Assembly: GCA_905178155.1 (NCBI GenBank)
Contig: CAJINV010000001.1
Span: 8,949,865 to 9,013,864 of the forward strand
From: Amoebophrya sp. A120
Taxonomy: Eukaryota; Protista; Dinoflagellata
Direction: 5' to 3'
Length of the DNA: 64,000 bases
In this document: positions 25,057 to 36,250 of the stretch, one piece after another
How the letters are laid out: the number at the start of each line of letters is the position of its first letter
Position numbering within the stretch: position 1 is the stretch's first letter
Program-made: the position numbers and the translations under genes
Notes under the pieces: model-generated
Told to the model about the DNA's origin: nothing
Database searches by the model: none
What the model saw: the letters and a program-made list of their open reading frames with translations, nothing else

Positions 25057-28000
25057 TCATTTTTTCGCCCCAACCGGACCCGTTTTCAACGCCCGCTTCT
25101 TCCCCGGCTTGTCGGAGAGACAGGCGATTCCGCCGACCGGCGCTCCGGACAGGAACCGACTCAAGAAGACCTCGGGAATCTTATCGACCACCAGTGAGTA
25201 AGAATGCTCCGGCTTGTACGCCACCACCGCCTTCGCCAGCTCCTTGCCGACAAACATGGACGACTCGAACTCCGCCCACTTCTCCGGCTTCGGGGGCTTT
25301 TCTTTGCGTGGGATCGGATTTCCGTCCTCGTCCTCCTCCTCTTCTTAGAGTATGCAAGCGAACTAGTACCCATGCACTCCTCCTCTTTTCCCCGGACCGC
25401 AAGAAGTATTCAAGCAAGTAAGTATGGACAGTGCAAACGACGAAGAACATGAAACAAAAACATGCAAACGGAGAACTACATCACGCAGTTTCCACTTGCT
25501 TTCCAGGAAGTGTTGACAAACGGAGACGATTGTGCATCGAAAAATTTCTACATCTGATAGCTTCTTCCTCTTCCTCCTCCTCCTCTTCCACGGGCTGCAT
25601 TCTGAGCTCGACGAACTCCCACAGGTCCACGTCGCTGGGTGCATTCACTCCTTCGCCGGTCGCGACCACCGGTGCCAGTTTGTCCGTAACCACCACAGCC
25701 TTGCTCCTGGTGAGCAAGCGCTTCACTTGGGCTACGGAGCTCGGGCCCAGGTCGGTCAAGGAGCAAGCGGTCGCCATGTCCTCCGGGACGCCACCCGTCC
25801 ACACCGCTTCATAGGGGGAAGCCGGGGCCTCGGCCTCCTCGGCCGCCTCCGCGCCTGTTGCGGCCGCCGCCTCCTCGCCCGCCTCCGCCGCCGCGGCGGC
25901 GTCGGCCTCTTTCTGCTTCTCCTCTAAAAACGCCTGCTCCAGGCTGGCGCGCAGGGTGGCCACCTCGACGAGTGATATTCTCCCGCAGGCGTTCCAGACC
26001 CCGGACACCGCTTCTTCCTGCGTTTCCAGCACCAGGCACTTGCCCTTGTGCGCGCCGTATGTGATCTCGTCCGAGTAGACGACGGTTTTCGTCCCGCCGC
26101 CCAACGTGGTCCCGCCGACCTTCAAAAGGTACGGTTTCTTCTTGTCCGCGGGGTCGGCGTCCGGTGGTGGCGTTTCGTCGTAGAGGAAGTCGGTCGGAAT
26201 CAGCAAACACCTGTCCGCGTTCTGCACCGCGGTCGCGAGCTCGTCGCGGAGCACGGCGGCGAAGGTCGGATTCTCCTCCGCGTTGGGGAACCAGCTCGCG
26301 CCGCAGTTGAACACAAACCGGACCAGAATCAGGGCGAGGTTCCCGCCCACAAAGCACAATTGCGACAGTTCCTCGAGGACGTTGCGCGCGGCCGCGATCT
26401 TTTCGAGAGAGCCCTCCTTCAAATTTCCTGGCTCGATCACGCCGCCGACCACCTGGACCTGCAGCCCGTCTCCCTGCTCCTCGCCCTCCTCATTCTCGGT
26501 CGCCTGTGTTCGACAAGATAAAAAAAGGATGTCCATGACCATGGTGTCATCTTCGGAGAACTTTATCATACTTGCTACTCCGAGGCTTATCGTTATCTAA
26601 CTCTTGTTCTTCGCCCCCATACAGAGGAAAGGGATTTTTCGATGAAACGTACAAAAAGAAAAGCCGTATCATACGGTGTGCTCTGCCGAGCTGCCCGCGG
26701 CCGCGTTGTCGGGCATCTTGAGGACCTCGCTGAAGAGGTTCTGCATCTCCGCGTCGACGAAGGGGCCGACAACGCGGGCGGGCAGCGCCGGGCGGTCCCA
26801 GCTGAGGTACTTCTGCGTGGTGTAGTCGCCACGGAGCGCACAGGAGAAGGAGTCTTGCACGTACACGTCGATGCCAAAGGGGAAGAGCTTCTGGTCCACC
26901 CAGTTCTCCCGGGCCGCCCACGTGAAGCGCTCATACGTGTCGTCGATGCGGCGCCCACCGAGCTCCAAATACTGGCTGGCCAGGTTTTCGATCAGGTAGA
27001 TCTTCGCGAGCTCCTCCTCTTCCTCGGTCTCCTTGCGGATTTCCGCCGCGAATTCTGGCTTACCGAGCTCCTCCAACGTGATGAATTCGCAGGCGACGCC
27101 GGTAATCTTCTTGATCATCAGGTCCAAGTCCTCCTCAAAGCTGACGCAGCCCGGGACCGTGGTCGGTATTGCTTTTTTGATTTTGTTCGATTTCGCTGAA
27201 TCTTCGTGCGAGCAAACCTTACTACTCCCAAGGAATTCGTTGTAGTTGTACAGCATTTGACTTCATCTGTGAGAAAGCAACTCCTCAAAACAGAAAAGAA
27301 GGAACCAGTGGGTGAAAATGGAATCTCCTTTTACGTGGATCTTCTTCTCCGCTAAAGTTCTTGTTCGAAGCATGCACCGTGCTGTCGACGTGAGCGCAAA
27401 TAAACAGCGCTTTTGGATTGGCCGCTATGATGTCGGTTAGCCCGGCTTCCAGACGGATGGTGAGGTCATTTATGTGCGGCCCATCAAGCTCGTAGGTCAC
27501 TTCGCCCTCTTCGCCGCCCTTTTTGGGCACTGCTTCGACCTGATATTGCTCTTGGCCTTGGGTTCAACATCACGAAAGCAAATTAATACACCGGCGTGAA
27601 ATCAATGCTTTATTTTGCTCTTGCAGCAATCAATCTGACCACTAAATGAGTTAGCGCAGACGCAGAGAAGTGGACAAAATTAATCAACAACCAGCTTCTT
27701 TACCCCTGCTATGCTCGATAGATCCATTTCGTACAAGACGACTTGTCCCGCTGGATCCGCCTGCTCGGTTGTCATCTTCTTCCTGTATGCACCAACTGCC
27801 TGTGACGTGGAAGAGTAGCTCTTACTCCTCAAACTGCCGCTGTCCAGCACTTGTTCGCAGTTTTTGTCGAGAATCGTGCTCACGTACGCCTCCTCCACGG
27901 GCTCGCCCTCCTCGTTCGTGACCATCTTTTTTCTCTCCGTGAAAAGTGAGAAGTTATCGCAAAAGGCGTCCTTTGCTGCGGTCAAGGCGTCCGCGTCGCT

Positions 28001-31000
28001 CGGGTCTGCAACGGCTTCGCGGGCCTGGTGAGAGCAGATGAGCACTAAATAAATCAAACACAGACTTGACGAAAGTAGCAGAATCTACGGTCTCGCTGTT
28101 CTTACTTCTTCACAAAATCTTCAACTGCACAAACTAGACGGTGGTAGAGCCATATTACCGTGGCCCATTCGTCGATGACGAGGTTTGCGAGCCTTGTGGT
28201 TTCCTCTGCGATGACCGAAAAAGCAGGGCTGCGGTCCAGCGGCGGGGCAGAGAAGAAGCGCTCCAGCCGCAGCAAATCGGAGCGCATTCTGCGCCAGATG
28301 CGGATTTCCGGCCCCTCGGGATTCTGCGGCTCGACGTCGCGCAAAATATCTTTGAGCTCCTGTAGACGTAGGTCCCACTGGAAATCCGGGCCGAAAGATA
28401 TCGCTGTGGATTTTGGAGGATCACTTGTGCTTACGTGCGTTGTGGAACAACATTCATTCATCCCGAGCGTTTACGATCATCATCGTCATCATCAAACTAC
28501 TAGAATAGCATGAACATAAGCCGGCACATCTGATCTCAGAAATGTGTCAGTACGGACTGGCTCCAGCGGTTTTGTGAGTGGCAAATGGCCCCGGGCTGCT
28601 GCGTGTTCTTCTTCTGAGTAGTGTACGTGGTCGCCATATTCGTAGTCCTGGAAGATCTTTCCTCGCTCGTCGCGCCACAAAATTTGGTTTTCCATGCCGG
28701 CCGCGCGCGCGAACTCGCGCAGCTCGGTCAGCAGGTCGGACAGTTTCGTAAAGTACTCCGAACGGTAGTGCAGCCTGCCAGCCGTAGACGAGGTACTGGT
28801 ACTACTACTGCTACCCCCAGCGGTGACACTGCCCGCGCCGGCGTTTCGCTCCTCGAAATACAAACTGCGGATGCTTTCCACTGTAAAGTCTGGCTCGGGG
28901 AACGGCGTGACGTCCACGTCATGAAACAAATCCTCGACGCACTCGCTGCACTGACTATCCACCTGCTTGGTGTGCAGCTCCTGCTGCAAGTCTGATATGA
29001 TGTCCGCGTGCCGCCAAAACGAAACGCCGTGCATCACGTAATCCTGAACAAGAATTTTGGTTTTCCTTTTCGTCTTGAATTCACACTGCGTGTTCCGATC
29101 GAAGAAAAAAAAAAGCAAGAGGAACACCAGGCAGAGTGCCTGAGTTTGGATCTGTACCTCTGTGACCATGTTGGGATTGGTTTTCAGGCGCCATCTGCTC
29201 GTGAAAGACCCCGCGGTGGCAGACAGAAAGGTGACCGTTATCTGCTGCTCGTTACTTGGAAAGATCTTCCCTTTCACGACATGTGTTTGGAACCGCTTCG
29301 TAGGGTCCGCAGGGGTAACCTGCAAGAATAAATCAGTTCTTCGATTTTTTTTCTTTCACAAAATTTTCGCGATCGCACATTACAGTTAAAGTGAGCAAAA
29401 TGGGCAGCAGGTGGAGAGAAGAAGAACGTCGATGTTGTAAACCATTACCGACTCCTCATAGTGCTTGACCGGCGGGAGTTCTTCGAGCTCCCAGAAGAGC
29501 ACAGTTGACCCCGTGTTGCGGATGGTAAGCACCGCGGTGTCCTTCTCCCCAGTGAGGCAGTGGAACTCGAGGCGGGAGGGCTCCAACTCAACAGCGGGAC
29601 CTGAGGGTTCCTCAACGGCCTCCGGCTGCTCCGCCTCCTCGACGACTTGTGGCTCCTCGGCGCCCTGTTAAGAACACAAAATTTCTTTACGCAGTGTAAA
29701 GAATACTTTCATCTTATGTAGTCTCACGCAGTGCATCTACCTACCGTAGCCCATACTCTTGATGTTGACTTCTATGCATGCTTGGAGTAATAGTAGAATC
29801 GGACGTCTCAAGAAAGGCTTCAAAGGCTCACACCTGTTTCTGTGCCTGCTCCCGCAAGGCCTGGAGTTTTTCCGCCCCGACGCCATCGATTTCGAGCATT
29901 TCGTCAATGCCAAGGAGCCCTGGATTCATCATCTCCATGGCGGCGCCATACCTGTGACAAATAAATTCATCAATGAACTCATGGAAGTACGCAATGAAGT
30001 GCTCTGGAACTCATGGAAGTACGGGCATTTGGAAGTACGCAATGAAGTGCTCCGTAGGTGTTTTTACGAAGACATATTCTTGTCGTCACGGAAATACTTA
30101 CTTACCTTTTTTTCCTGGCGATCAGAAATGGATTGTCTCGCCAGGTGTGGGAGTGGTTCTTTGCTCGGTAATACGCGAGTTCGCGCAACCAGGGTTTTCG
30201 TATGATCTGCCCGTTGGCGTTGGGTTTTAGCTTGATGTAGAGGTACAAGCCACTGAAAATGTTCCCAATTGTCACTAACCGGGCACCGTAGTCGCGGAGA
30301 GACTGGTACCTTTCGGAAGATTGTTGTAACGTCTTCAAGCGCTTCTTTTACTAGTTTTACTTTTACTTCATCTTCAAATAGTAAAAAGTCGCATTGTGGA
30401 CTTTAAGGAAGGGTATGCAAAAGGAAGCGCCTGTAATGTCCGAAAAGGCGAAGCCTATACCAGCCATAGCCGCCGCTTTTGATGAAATCTGGCGTCGCTC
30501 GATCGATCAAATCCATTAGCTCCACGCGCTCTCTGTATTCTTCCGCCGCTGTGATGGTGAGCGCCTCCTTTGGCCTGTCTGTTACTTTGCTCGCGATGCC
30601 ACGGAACTTCTCCCACTCCTGCTTCATCTTCTCCCATCGGGCCAACGCTTCTGTATTGGGAGTGTTTTTGAGGACTAAGTACTTGAAGACTGTGACAAGT
30701 AGATCAGAGATCGAGGCCCTGCGAATGTTCAGAAACACGAGAAAAATTTTTTACTTTTAGCTTTGTTGAAAAACCTGGAAAAAATACTGGAGAAAATAAG
30801 TACTCTGATGTCTCTGCGCATTGATTTTTTCTCCGACGGTCAAGTTGTTCAGACCGCTCATTTTTCGGTCCCACCTCGTGAAGGGGTTCTTCATGGTTTT
30901 TCGCGTTGCGTTGGCGGCCTTCGCGAACTCCTCCGCTGCGGGGTCAATGGCCGCGGCCACGTCTTCTCGGGTCGGCGATGCCGCGGAAAGCTCTGCGAAA

Positions 31001-31155
31001 TTTGGCGGCGCGGCGTCGAAGATCGGGTCCAGCCCCTGCTTCTCCATCTTCCCCGCGAACTCTGCGAATTCGTCATCGCCAACCTGCCGCGCGACGATGA
31101 ACCGCCGCTTCTGCCTCCGCGGCGGGGAGCTGCTGAACAAGTCCGGCTGCTGCAT
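25057..31155 (-). CDS. MYCBPAP: MYCBP-associated protein (MYCBPAP/FAP147-like) with an ASH/Ig-like domain and a C-terminal degenerate phosphoglycerate-kinase-like domain; about 13 exons
   Basis: MYCBPAP-like exons: ALARWEKMKQEWEKFR...AEEYRERVE...GWYQSLR...IGNIFSGLY, then RLEFHC...LTIRNTGSTVLFW and GKIFPSNEQQITVTFLSATAGSFTSRWRLKTNP. These are followed by PGK-like blocks (GQVVLYEMDL, IYLIENL, DVYVQDSFSCALR, VVGG...KI, LIPTDF, TDLGPSS). Most junctions checked offer GT-AG. Start uncertain (ORF open to 31380). Confidence 0.75.
29975..30052. repeat. short imperfect tandem repeat inside an intron (gaactcatggaagtacgcaatgaagtgctc units)
   Basis: ggaagtacg occurs three times and gcaatgaagtgctc twice. 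Confidence 0.7.
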
Positions 31156-32055
31156 GGTGTTGTGGGTGCAGAAGTTGTCTGTTAAGAAGGCAACGTCAGG
31201 ACGTGGGTCGTTGTCACTCTCACTACGTTGTTGCTGAGAAGTAGATGAAGTTGAAGTTGCGATGCCTGATTCCGCTTGTGAGGCCGAGGCGTCCGCAGTG
31301 GTTCCTGCGTAGAAATACACTGCCCGGACGCGGCGAAGACGCGAAGCCGAAAACCTTCGGATAAAGTCTCGCCTTTGCAAATTGGGTCCGGGTATTTATC
31401 GAACGGTGCGCTCAAGGAGGTGCCGCAAGCCACTCTTCGTGCGATTGAATACTCACGTGGTCGTTTGCAGCTTAATGTACCCTTCGACTGGCAAGCGCCA
31501 CAGCTGGCTCAAGAACAAGAAGCGCACCCAGATCCGGACCTTTTGAGCCTCTGCTGCCCAGTCAACACGATTGGGCCCTACTTCAGTCCGTACGCCTCGA
31601 CAAAACCCACTACAACCGTGATTCCATTCTCACTAAAAATCCTTTTTTGTCGCCTGATATCTTCTCAGCGACTGCAGCGTAGCCTGCTACAATGAAGAAG
31701 CGATAATTTTCAATTAGAATCATGTAAACGAGGCTTTTCAAATTCAACGACTGCAGCAGGAGTGCGAACGAAGAGTCAGAAAGAAAAACTCACTACTGCA
31801 ACTCAATATCGAAGACAAAGGCACGACGACTCTCATGCGACGCAGCCTTGTAATTTCCACGCGCCGGCAAGGACATCTCTCGACCAAAAACTGCCGACGA
31901 ATTTCGATTTGTGAATGGAATACCAGCACGCCCCGAGCTGTCGGTAAATGAATTTTTTGTGCACCACTGTCACTCAGTCTCGTTCATGCCTCTCTTTCTG
32001 CGACAAAAAATTTTCGACGAACAAGATTTTGTAGCCTCTCCAGATCATGGATTGA

Positions 32056-34272
32056 TCAGCGATCGAAATCCATCCGCGAGCGAGGCTTGCTTGCAAAAAA
32101 TATTTCGGCCGGAATAGTTGCGAAGATGTGCTCCAAGAAACCTAAAACTGAAGGCATTTTGGGGCTGGACGAAATTTCCGAAACGTAGCTACGGATACCG
32201 CTGGGATCAAGTTTTTGTACTGCTTTCAGCTGCGGAAAGTTTTGAAGGCACTGTTTGGTAAATGAAGTGGTTTTTGCGTCATTGAGAGTAAACGACGCAC
32301 TTGCGGCATCTGGTTTTTCACCTTGTTTCCTACGAATGTTCTTCCGGTAGACCAGTTTTTCCAGAGCCGTTCGGTTGGTGGCTGCATGCTCCTCCGGGCT
32401 CAGTAGCTTGCTAAGACTGGCAGCCAGATGCCAGCTCTTGCCTACCGCCACCGGTGGTTCTTCGTGTGCATTATCTACGATATTTTCCGCCGCGGGCGCG
32501 CAATTGATCGCGAGCACGTCGCGCACATTGCACCGCTTCCAGTTGTGGAACGGTACACAGGGTAGGCTCATCACCGTGCTCTCGCGCTGGGTCCGGAAGC
32601 GGACCATCGCGAAGTCGTGCTGGACAAAGAGCTTGTGGATGAACTGCTTCGCGTCCGCGGTGGAGACCGTGAAAACATCCTCCAGAGAAAACCATCGGAT
32701 ACAGGGCTGTGATACAGCCGACGAGTGAGATGAAACGTGTGATGATGTCCGCGGGCTTGCCACAGCAGGATAATCAGAACTTGTGCCTTTGCAATTCAAA
32801 AATTCGTCCGGAATGTCGCGGATCACTGGCCAGACGTCCGAGCCGGTTAGCTTCACGCGCAAACCGAAATAAGAAGTCCTGCTGCCGATGTTCTTCAGGG
32901 ATGGTTGCTGGAGTCTTGCTGCGGCAACCATAACTTTGTCAACCACACTCTTGACCGAACCCACCTCAAGGCAGTCGTCATCTTCGTCCAGGAGTGCTTT
33001 TCCATCGGCAGTGGTTGCTTTATTGCCTCGTCCACCTCCCCCAGCATCTCGGCTACAAACCTGCCATCGCTCCACAGGACATGTTCCTACAAAGCGATTT
33101 GCCGTCTCCCCGCAGGCGTTGTCGCCCTTACAGTAGGCCTCGGGAAACCCGCCGCAGCTCTCGCCAGACTCGGGAAATCTGCGAAGCGTTCCCACGGCGC
33201 TGCCAGGTCCCAGAACAAAGGCACCACCCGCGAGGAGAAAAGGGAGGCTGTCAGCGTCCGAAGCGGACGAGGATCGGGCCCGCACGGAATAGCTCCACCA
33301 ACGGTCTTCGTCTTGAGCGCTACTTGCGACGGAATGCATCTCGGGTGTCTCCCACCCGGTCTTCCACGCGCTTGCGCGCTTTTGAAAGAAAGCACGCGAC
33401 TCTTCATGACTCTCAACCTCGGGTTGAGACAAGCTTGTCGCTCTCTTCTGTTCTAGCGTTGAAGACTGCAGTAAGGGTTGCTTCCAGATTTGGTGTGAAG
33501 GCTGCAGCGAGACGGGTAGTTGCACCTCATCGGTGGACTGACCTGAGCTCCGCAAGCTGCTTCCCGTGCCTGCGAACGCTGCGGCAGTCGCTTTCCAAGC
33601 CCGCACGGCGGCTACCCTGCCGTCCACATTCACCGTGCCACGCCTGACGAGTTTTCGCCAAAAGGCCGCCGCAGAGCAATCCCCCAAGTCGCCGCCGAGA
33701 TCTAGAAAGAAATCGGTCGTGTTGCGAAACAACTGCAACGCCTGCAGCACGTACGGGGGACAGTGCAGTTTGTTCAGCCGACGCCGGTACCGCGTCCACC
33801 GATCCGTGGAAAGCCCGTAGAAGAAGGGAAGAAGTTGTTTTTTGCTGAACGCATAGCGCATCACGTTGGATGAGTAGCGATAGGCGGTTTTTGATGACTC
33901 GTTACTCTTTGAGTTTGACTCCTGCGCTGTCGCAACATCAAAGACTGGCGCTCTTTTCTCCGTTCTTGTGTTGACGTCGTCGTTGTCGTCAGCATCAGCC
34001 TCGTCCAGCTGATCTGCGGTCGACGCCAGGCCCATGTTGTTCCGCAACTTGTCGAAGCAGTAGTAGCACGCCCCCACCGATTTGACGTGGCCATAGTGCG
34101 GGTCTGGGATTATCACGTTGCGGAGCAGCGTTAGTTCGGACTCGTCCGTCGTGGTGTTTTTCAAATCGTTCAGCGCTGGTGCCGTTTCCCCAGCAGCTGG
34201 TATGACGAACCAGCCAAAAAACGAGACACACAACCAAGTGCGAAATAAGCAGACAAACACTCGTACCAGCAT
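32056..34272 (-). CDS. hypothetical secreted or signal-anchored protein, possibly a divergent FkbM-like SAM-dependent methyltransferase
   Basis: 738-aa ORF with a hydrophobic N-terminus. FFLDLGGDLGDCS resembles class I methyltransferase motif I. Confidence 0.6.
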   Translation of the reverse strand: MLVRVFVCLFRTWLCVSFFGWFVIPAAGETAPALNDLKNTTTDESELTLLRNVIIPDPHYGHVKSVGACYYCFDKLRNNMGLASTADQLDEADADDNDDVNTRTEKRAPVFDVATAQESNSKSNESSKTAYRYSSNVMRYAFSKKQLLPFFYGLSTDRWTRYRRRLNKLHCPPYVLQALQLFRNTTDFFLDLGGDLGDCSAAAFWRKLVRRGTVNVDGRVAAVRAWKATAAAFAGTGSSLRSSGQSTDEVQLPVSLQPSHQIWKQPLLQSSTLEQKRATSLSQPEVESHEESRAFFQKRASAWKTGWETPEMHSVASSAQDEDRWWSYSVRARSSSASDADSLPFLLAGGAFVLGPGSAVGTLRRFPESGESCGGFPEAYCKGDNACGETANRFVGTCPVERWQVCSRDAGGGGRGNKATTADGKALLDEDDDCLEVGSVKSVVDKVMVAAARLQQPSLKNIGSRTSYFGLRVKLTGSDVWPVIRDIPDEFLNCKGTSSDYPAVASPRTSSHVSSHSSAVSQPCIRWFSLEDVFTVSTADAKQFIHKLFVQHDFAMVRFRTQRESTVMSLPCVPFHNWKRCNVRDVLAINCAPAAENIVDNAHEEPPVAVGKSWHLAASLSKLLSPEEHAATNRTALEKLVYRKNIRRKQGEKPDAASASFTLNDAKTTSFTKQCLQNFPQLKAVQKLDPSGIRSYVSEISSSPKMPSVLGFLEHIFATIPAEIFFASKPRSRMDFDR

Positions 34273-34591
34273 GGTGATGCTCGTTCGCGAGCCAGTGCTT
34301 TTTTCACACGTATACTACAGACAATGCCGTAGAGAACGAAAGTACTGACTGTGTGCAATTCCTGACCACACTTTTTTCAAATGGATACTTTTTTTCATCT
34401 TCAACTACTCCCAATTATATAGAGTTCACTCCCACTGAACACCCGATCAACGACTTCTTGCTACTTTCACATAGTTTCCGAAAAAACAATCGGAATCGTA
34501 TACATTGGCCTGTACCCACGAAAAAAGGAATCGATGCGCTCCGGCTAACAAACTGTCGCTGTGTACAAAAAGTCATCCGGTGAAATTTTCT

Positions 34592-35392
34592 TCACACAGC
34601 CAGCCTGTACGCCTTCCCGTTCACGACGGAGTGTTTGTTGTTGAATTCCAACTCTAACTCGGCCTCCAGCTGCGCCGCCACACCGGGCAACGAGGCCATA
34701 TGCCTTCGGTATTCTTGCAAGACTGGATATTTCTCCGCCAGCTTGTCCTCCAGTAGCCAGTTGAAGCGCTCCACTAGCTCCAGGAAGTAAAAGTCCACCC
34801 ACTTTACCTCGTCCCCGGTGAGAAAAGTCGATCTGTTTTGTCCCTCCTGCGTCCGTATTTTTTGTTCCAGGTAGTCCGACATCCGCTGAAACCCCGGGCT
34901 CGCGTTCTCCACAATCGCTGCTCTCTCTGCATTTTCGCGGTAGCAAACGCCCGTGCACTGGTTCTTTACCGTTTCAAGAACTCCAAACAGCTGGTTGATC
35001 TCCCCAATCTCCTTCGGGGTCTGGCCGAGCAGAGTGGGTGAAAACCTCGCAGCCAAATACTGGTGGATCGCCTGCGTCTCGGAAATTTTCACATCATGAT
35101 CTTCGGACAACTGATTTTCCTGCTTTATCGTCTCTTCTGGTTGTTCGGTCAACAAGCCTTGATGGTAGTGCATCAGGTACGGGAGGTTGGGAAACGGCAT
35201 TCCGAGCGAAAACTTCACATCCGTCCACACTTTCTTGGAAAACCCGCTGGCCGCGTCCCCCTGCTCATAAACAACGTTTTGGTAGGGAATCTTACCGTAG
35301 GCGAGTTGGTACCGCAGATTCGAGGCGAGACCTCGAATCTTCCAATAACCGAGCTCCAGACGAGAAGAGGAGGACGCCATATTAACGGTCAT
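34592..35392 (-). CDS. GSTM: glutathione S-transferase, mu-class-like
   Basis: LELGYWKIRGLA, FPNLPYL, KISETQAI and FLTGDEVKWVDFYFLE motifs; intronless ORF. Confidence 0.93.
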   Translation of the reverse strand: MTVNMASSSSRLELGYWKIRGLASNLRYQLAYGKIPYQNVVYEQGDAASGFSKKVWTDVKFSLGMPFPNLPYLMHYHQGLLTEQPEETIKQENQLSEDHDVKISETQAIHQYLAARFSPTLLGQTPKEIGEINQLFGVLETVKNQCTGVCYRENAERAAIVENASPGFQRMSDYLEQKIRTQEGQNRSTFLTGDEVKWVDFYFLELVERFNWLLEDKLAEKYPVLQEYRRHMASLPGVAAQLEAELELEFNNKHSVVNGKAYRLAV

Positions 35393-36250
35393 CGGCTTCT
35401 GGTGTATCGTTATTTCTTTGCTAGTTTTGAGTTCCAATCAATGGACTTAGTAGAAAAAACGCACTTTGGGGTGGAAAAACGGTGTTGAGCCAAAGAGGTT
35501 CGTTACTTAGCTGTAGTTTAAGTCGTCAGGAACCCACGAGCTTCCAGTCCGCAAAAAATGTTTTTATTTAAAGCTCTGGATCCCGAGAACACTTGACACC
35601 GAAGCAGTATCGCCCCGTGTTGCCACGGTGCAGTAGGCGGCATGGCCATACATGTTTGTTACGCAAACACAATATAATTCAATCCTTTAGAACCGGAAAC
35701 GAAATCACGCTTCAGACGCGTGAGGTAGTGTCAGGAGGTGTCGTCCCTTCTTGTCTTGCAACTCAGCAACGTCCTTTCTCTCCGACTACGATTCACGCAC
35801 AACGTCGGTCCACATAGTAAGTTAGAGTGAGGAGTAATGTAGTACTGCTTGTGTGGGAAACAACTGTATTTGATAAGGTTAAGTACTCGGCAGTTTCATG
35901 GTACGGACACGTAGACAAGCGATGTGCACGAAGAGGCACAGGCAAGCGGGTAACTGTCAGCACCAACAGATTTCTTCAGCGGCAGGGGCCACGCTTGATT
36001 TTGTACATTCGTTGACTTTGTGTGGGAGGAAATACACTCAGAGCATGCTATACGACAAAAATATCTGATTCTCATATTCAAAAAGTGCTAGTGTAAGAAA
36101 GTAAGTACTCAGAACTACAAACATATGATTTCATCGGTACAGCATGGTTTCTGTCACAGGAGGAAGTGCTTGAAAAATTATTCATCTGTTCTTTTCCAAA
36201 ATTTCTGATCTGTCTCCGACACCTCCCCGAAGAAGAAGAAGATCTCTTCA

